Assembly: GCA_020719345.1 (NCBI GenBank)
Contig: DYQJ01000002.1
Span: forward strand, 1 to 46,736
Direction: 5' to 3'
DNA length: 46,736 nucleotides
Source of the DNA: Draconibacterium orientale
GTDB lineage: Bacteria > Bacteroidota > Bacteroidia > Bacteroidales > DYQJ01
The stretch's first letter is position 1. Each line of letters starts with the position of its first letter. Both the position numbers and the translations under genes were made by a program. The notes under the pieces were generated by a model. It was not told the origin of the DNA. It saw nothing but the letters and a program-made list of their open reading frames with translations, and made no database searches. Of the stretch, positions 45,075 through 46,736 are shown piece after piece.

Positions 45075-46484
45075 TTAAGTTAATATACGTTCTAATAAAA
45101 CAACATTTTCTACATGTTGCGTATGCGGAAACATGTCCACAGGTTGTATGCGCATGACCTGATATGCGGCAGACAAAATATTTATATCTCTCGCTTGAGT
45201 AGCAGGATTGCAGCTGACGTAAACTATCTTATTTACATTTAGTTGCAATATTTTATCTAATATAGAAGGTTCTATTCCTGCTCTTGGAGGATCCATGATT
45301 AAAACATCTGGACTTCCATTAGCTTCTATAAATTCGGTAGTGAATATATTTTTTACGTCTCCACAAAAGAAAAAAGTATTAGTTATGTTATTAAGATTGG
45401 AATTTATTTTGGCATCGTCTATGGCTTCGGGGATATATTCTATTCCGATGACCTTAGATGCTCCTTTGGCGAGGAAGTTAGCAATTGTTCCGGCGCCGGT
45501 ATATAGGTCATAAACAATTTCTTTTCCGGTGAGTGCGGCAAATTCTTCTGTTATTTTGTACAAATTATGTGCTTGCTCGGTGTTGGTTTGAAAGAAAGAT
45601 TTTACTCCGATTTTATATTTCAAGTCTCCTATTCGGTCAATGATATGGTCTTTACCTTTGTATAAAATAGGATTCTGGTCAAAATAGGAGTCATTATATT
45701 TGGTATTAATAATATAATAGAACGAGGTGATTTCCTGATAATTAGTTGCAATATAGTCCATTAGTGCTGTCCGTTTTTCGAGGTCTTCGTAATTGAAAAT
45801 AATAATAACCATTAGTTCGGATTCTATGCTGTTACGTATAATCAAATTTCTGAGGAATCCTTTTTTTTGTTTGTGGTCATAATATTCATAATTATTCTCT
45901 ACAGCAAATTTTCGCACGCTGTTTCGTATCCGATTGGTAGGTTCTTCCTGTAACCAGCATTTACGTATCTCCACGACGCGGTCAAATTTTTCGGGAACAT
46001 GAAAACCGAGTGCTAAGGGAGAGGTATTTTGTGTTTGTTCATCCACTTTTTCAAACCAGCGATGGTTTGAAAATGTATATTCAAGTTTATTGCGGTAACC
46101 GTAAATCTTTTCAGAAGGCAAAATATCGGAGATATTTTTAATCTCTATTTTGGCTATACGTTCTAAGGCATCTACTACTTGTTTTTGTTTATACCTTAGT
46201 TGGTGCTGATATTCAACATTTAACCACTTACAACCGCCGCATGTTCCAAAATGTTCGCACACCGGATTTGTTCGGTATTCGGATAGTTTATGAAACTGTA
46301 CGGGGATTCCTTCTTTGTAGTTCTTCTTCTTTTTAATTATTTGCAAATCTACCACGTCACCGGGTACTACGTGTGTGGCAAATATCACTATATCATTTAG
46401 TTTAGCCAATGCTTTACCTTCGGCTACTATCTCTAATATTTCCACGTTCGCTACTATCTCTATTTTTTTATCTCGTTTTCTCAC
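45075..46484 (-). CDS. rlmD: 23S rRNA (uracil-5)-methyltransferase RlmD/RumA family
   Basis: TRAM-like N-terminus, Fe-S Cys cluster CEHFGTCGGCKW, SAM motif DLYTGAGTI, and DPPRAG...VYVSCNP. The start codon is GTG. Confidence 0.88.
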   Translation of the reverse strand: MRKRDKKIEIVANVEILEIVAEGKALAKLNDIVIFATHVVPGDVVDLQIIKKKKNYKEGIPVQFHKLSEYRTNPVCEHFGTCGGCKWLNVEYQHQLRYKQKQVVDALERIAKIEIKNISDILPSEKIYGYRNKLEYTFSNHRWFEKVDEQTQNTSPLALGFHVPEKFDRVVEIRKCWLQEEPTNRIRNSVRKFAVENNYEYYDHKQKKGFLRNLIIRNSIESELMVIIIFNYEDLEKRTALMDYIATNYQEITSFYYIINTKYNDSYFDQNPILYKGKDHIIDRIGDLKYKIGVKSFFQTNTEQAHNLYKITEEFAALTGKEIVYDLYTGAGTIANFLAKGASKVIGIEYIPEAIDDAKINSNLNNITNTFFFCGDVKNIFTTEFIEANGSPDVLIMDPPRAGIEPSILDKILQLNVNKIVYVSCNPATQARDINILSAAYQVMRIQPVDMFPHTQHVENVVLLERILT

Positions 46485-46682
46485 TGTCGTATTAAGATTA
46501 TTATTTTCAAAATTGTTACAAATATAAAAAAATATATTTATTATCTTTATTTATTATACAACTTTTTTGATTAATACCATTTTTTTACAGCGACGAGTAA
46601 TTACTCCGTTGTTACTTTTCTATTTACTGTACATTATAGAGAAGACACAACAAAATATACAAATAATTTTAGATAAGTATTT

Positions 46683-46736
46683 ATGGCTACCCACGTAATC
46701 TTGGACAAAATTTTGAACCATATAAGGAATATAAGG
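46683..46736 (+). CDS. Possible 5' end of a gene running off the window (MATHVILDKILNHIRNIR...)
   Basis: An ATG at 46683 stays open to the window end. Only 18 codons are visible. Confidence 0.25.
   Translation, partial: MATHVILDKILNHIRNIR

Overview
AT-rich Bacteroidota-type chromosomal segment. Supporting signs are a PorP/SprF type IX secretion gene, TAnnTTTG -7 promoter boxes, and an RF2 gene with the classic +1 frameshift. I count about 40 protein genes and recognised no rRNA, tRNA or CRISPR array. Most genes are housekeeping or regulatory: pgi, rplS, truA, prfB, asnB, rdgB, rlmD, nhaC, fcl, an AlaX-type editing protein, a hybrid histidine kinase and a beta-propeller/PP2C sensor. Four things stand out. 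(1) A compact two-gene islet at 28.77-31.44 kb encodes an ABC-type ATPase overlapping an HNH nuclease, which looks Septu (PtuA/PtuB)-like. The ATPase carries an unusual ~300-aa N-terminal leucine-rich-repeat domain. A 31-nt relic of a paralogue of the gene at 1747-2697 lies next to the islet. (2) An accessory block at 15.0-19.1 kb holds a WG-repeat protein translationally coupled to a nucleotidyltransferase/tyrosine-phosphatase fusion. It is followed by three paralogous small proteins, one of them frameshifted, arranged as a 662-bp tandem duplication. Interleaved with these genes are consensus promoters on the opposite strand, two of them followed by intrinsic terminators, which are candidate convergent small RNAs. 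(3) At least five copies of a modular MITE-like repeat family are present, one with a perfect 14-bp TIR and 8-bp target-site duplication. A second palindromic GGCAACTTTGCCAAAGTT family sits at gene ends. (4) Several tightly coupled gene pairs or operons have unclear logic: a PLP decarboxylase with an LRAT/NlpC-like protein, and an Nramp gene followed by a giant membrane/HEAT/cNMP protein, a hybrid kinase and a membrane protein. All functional calls rest on motif recognition by eye, and no database search was run.
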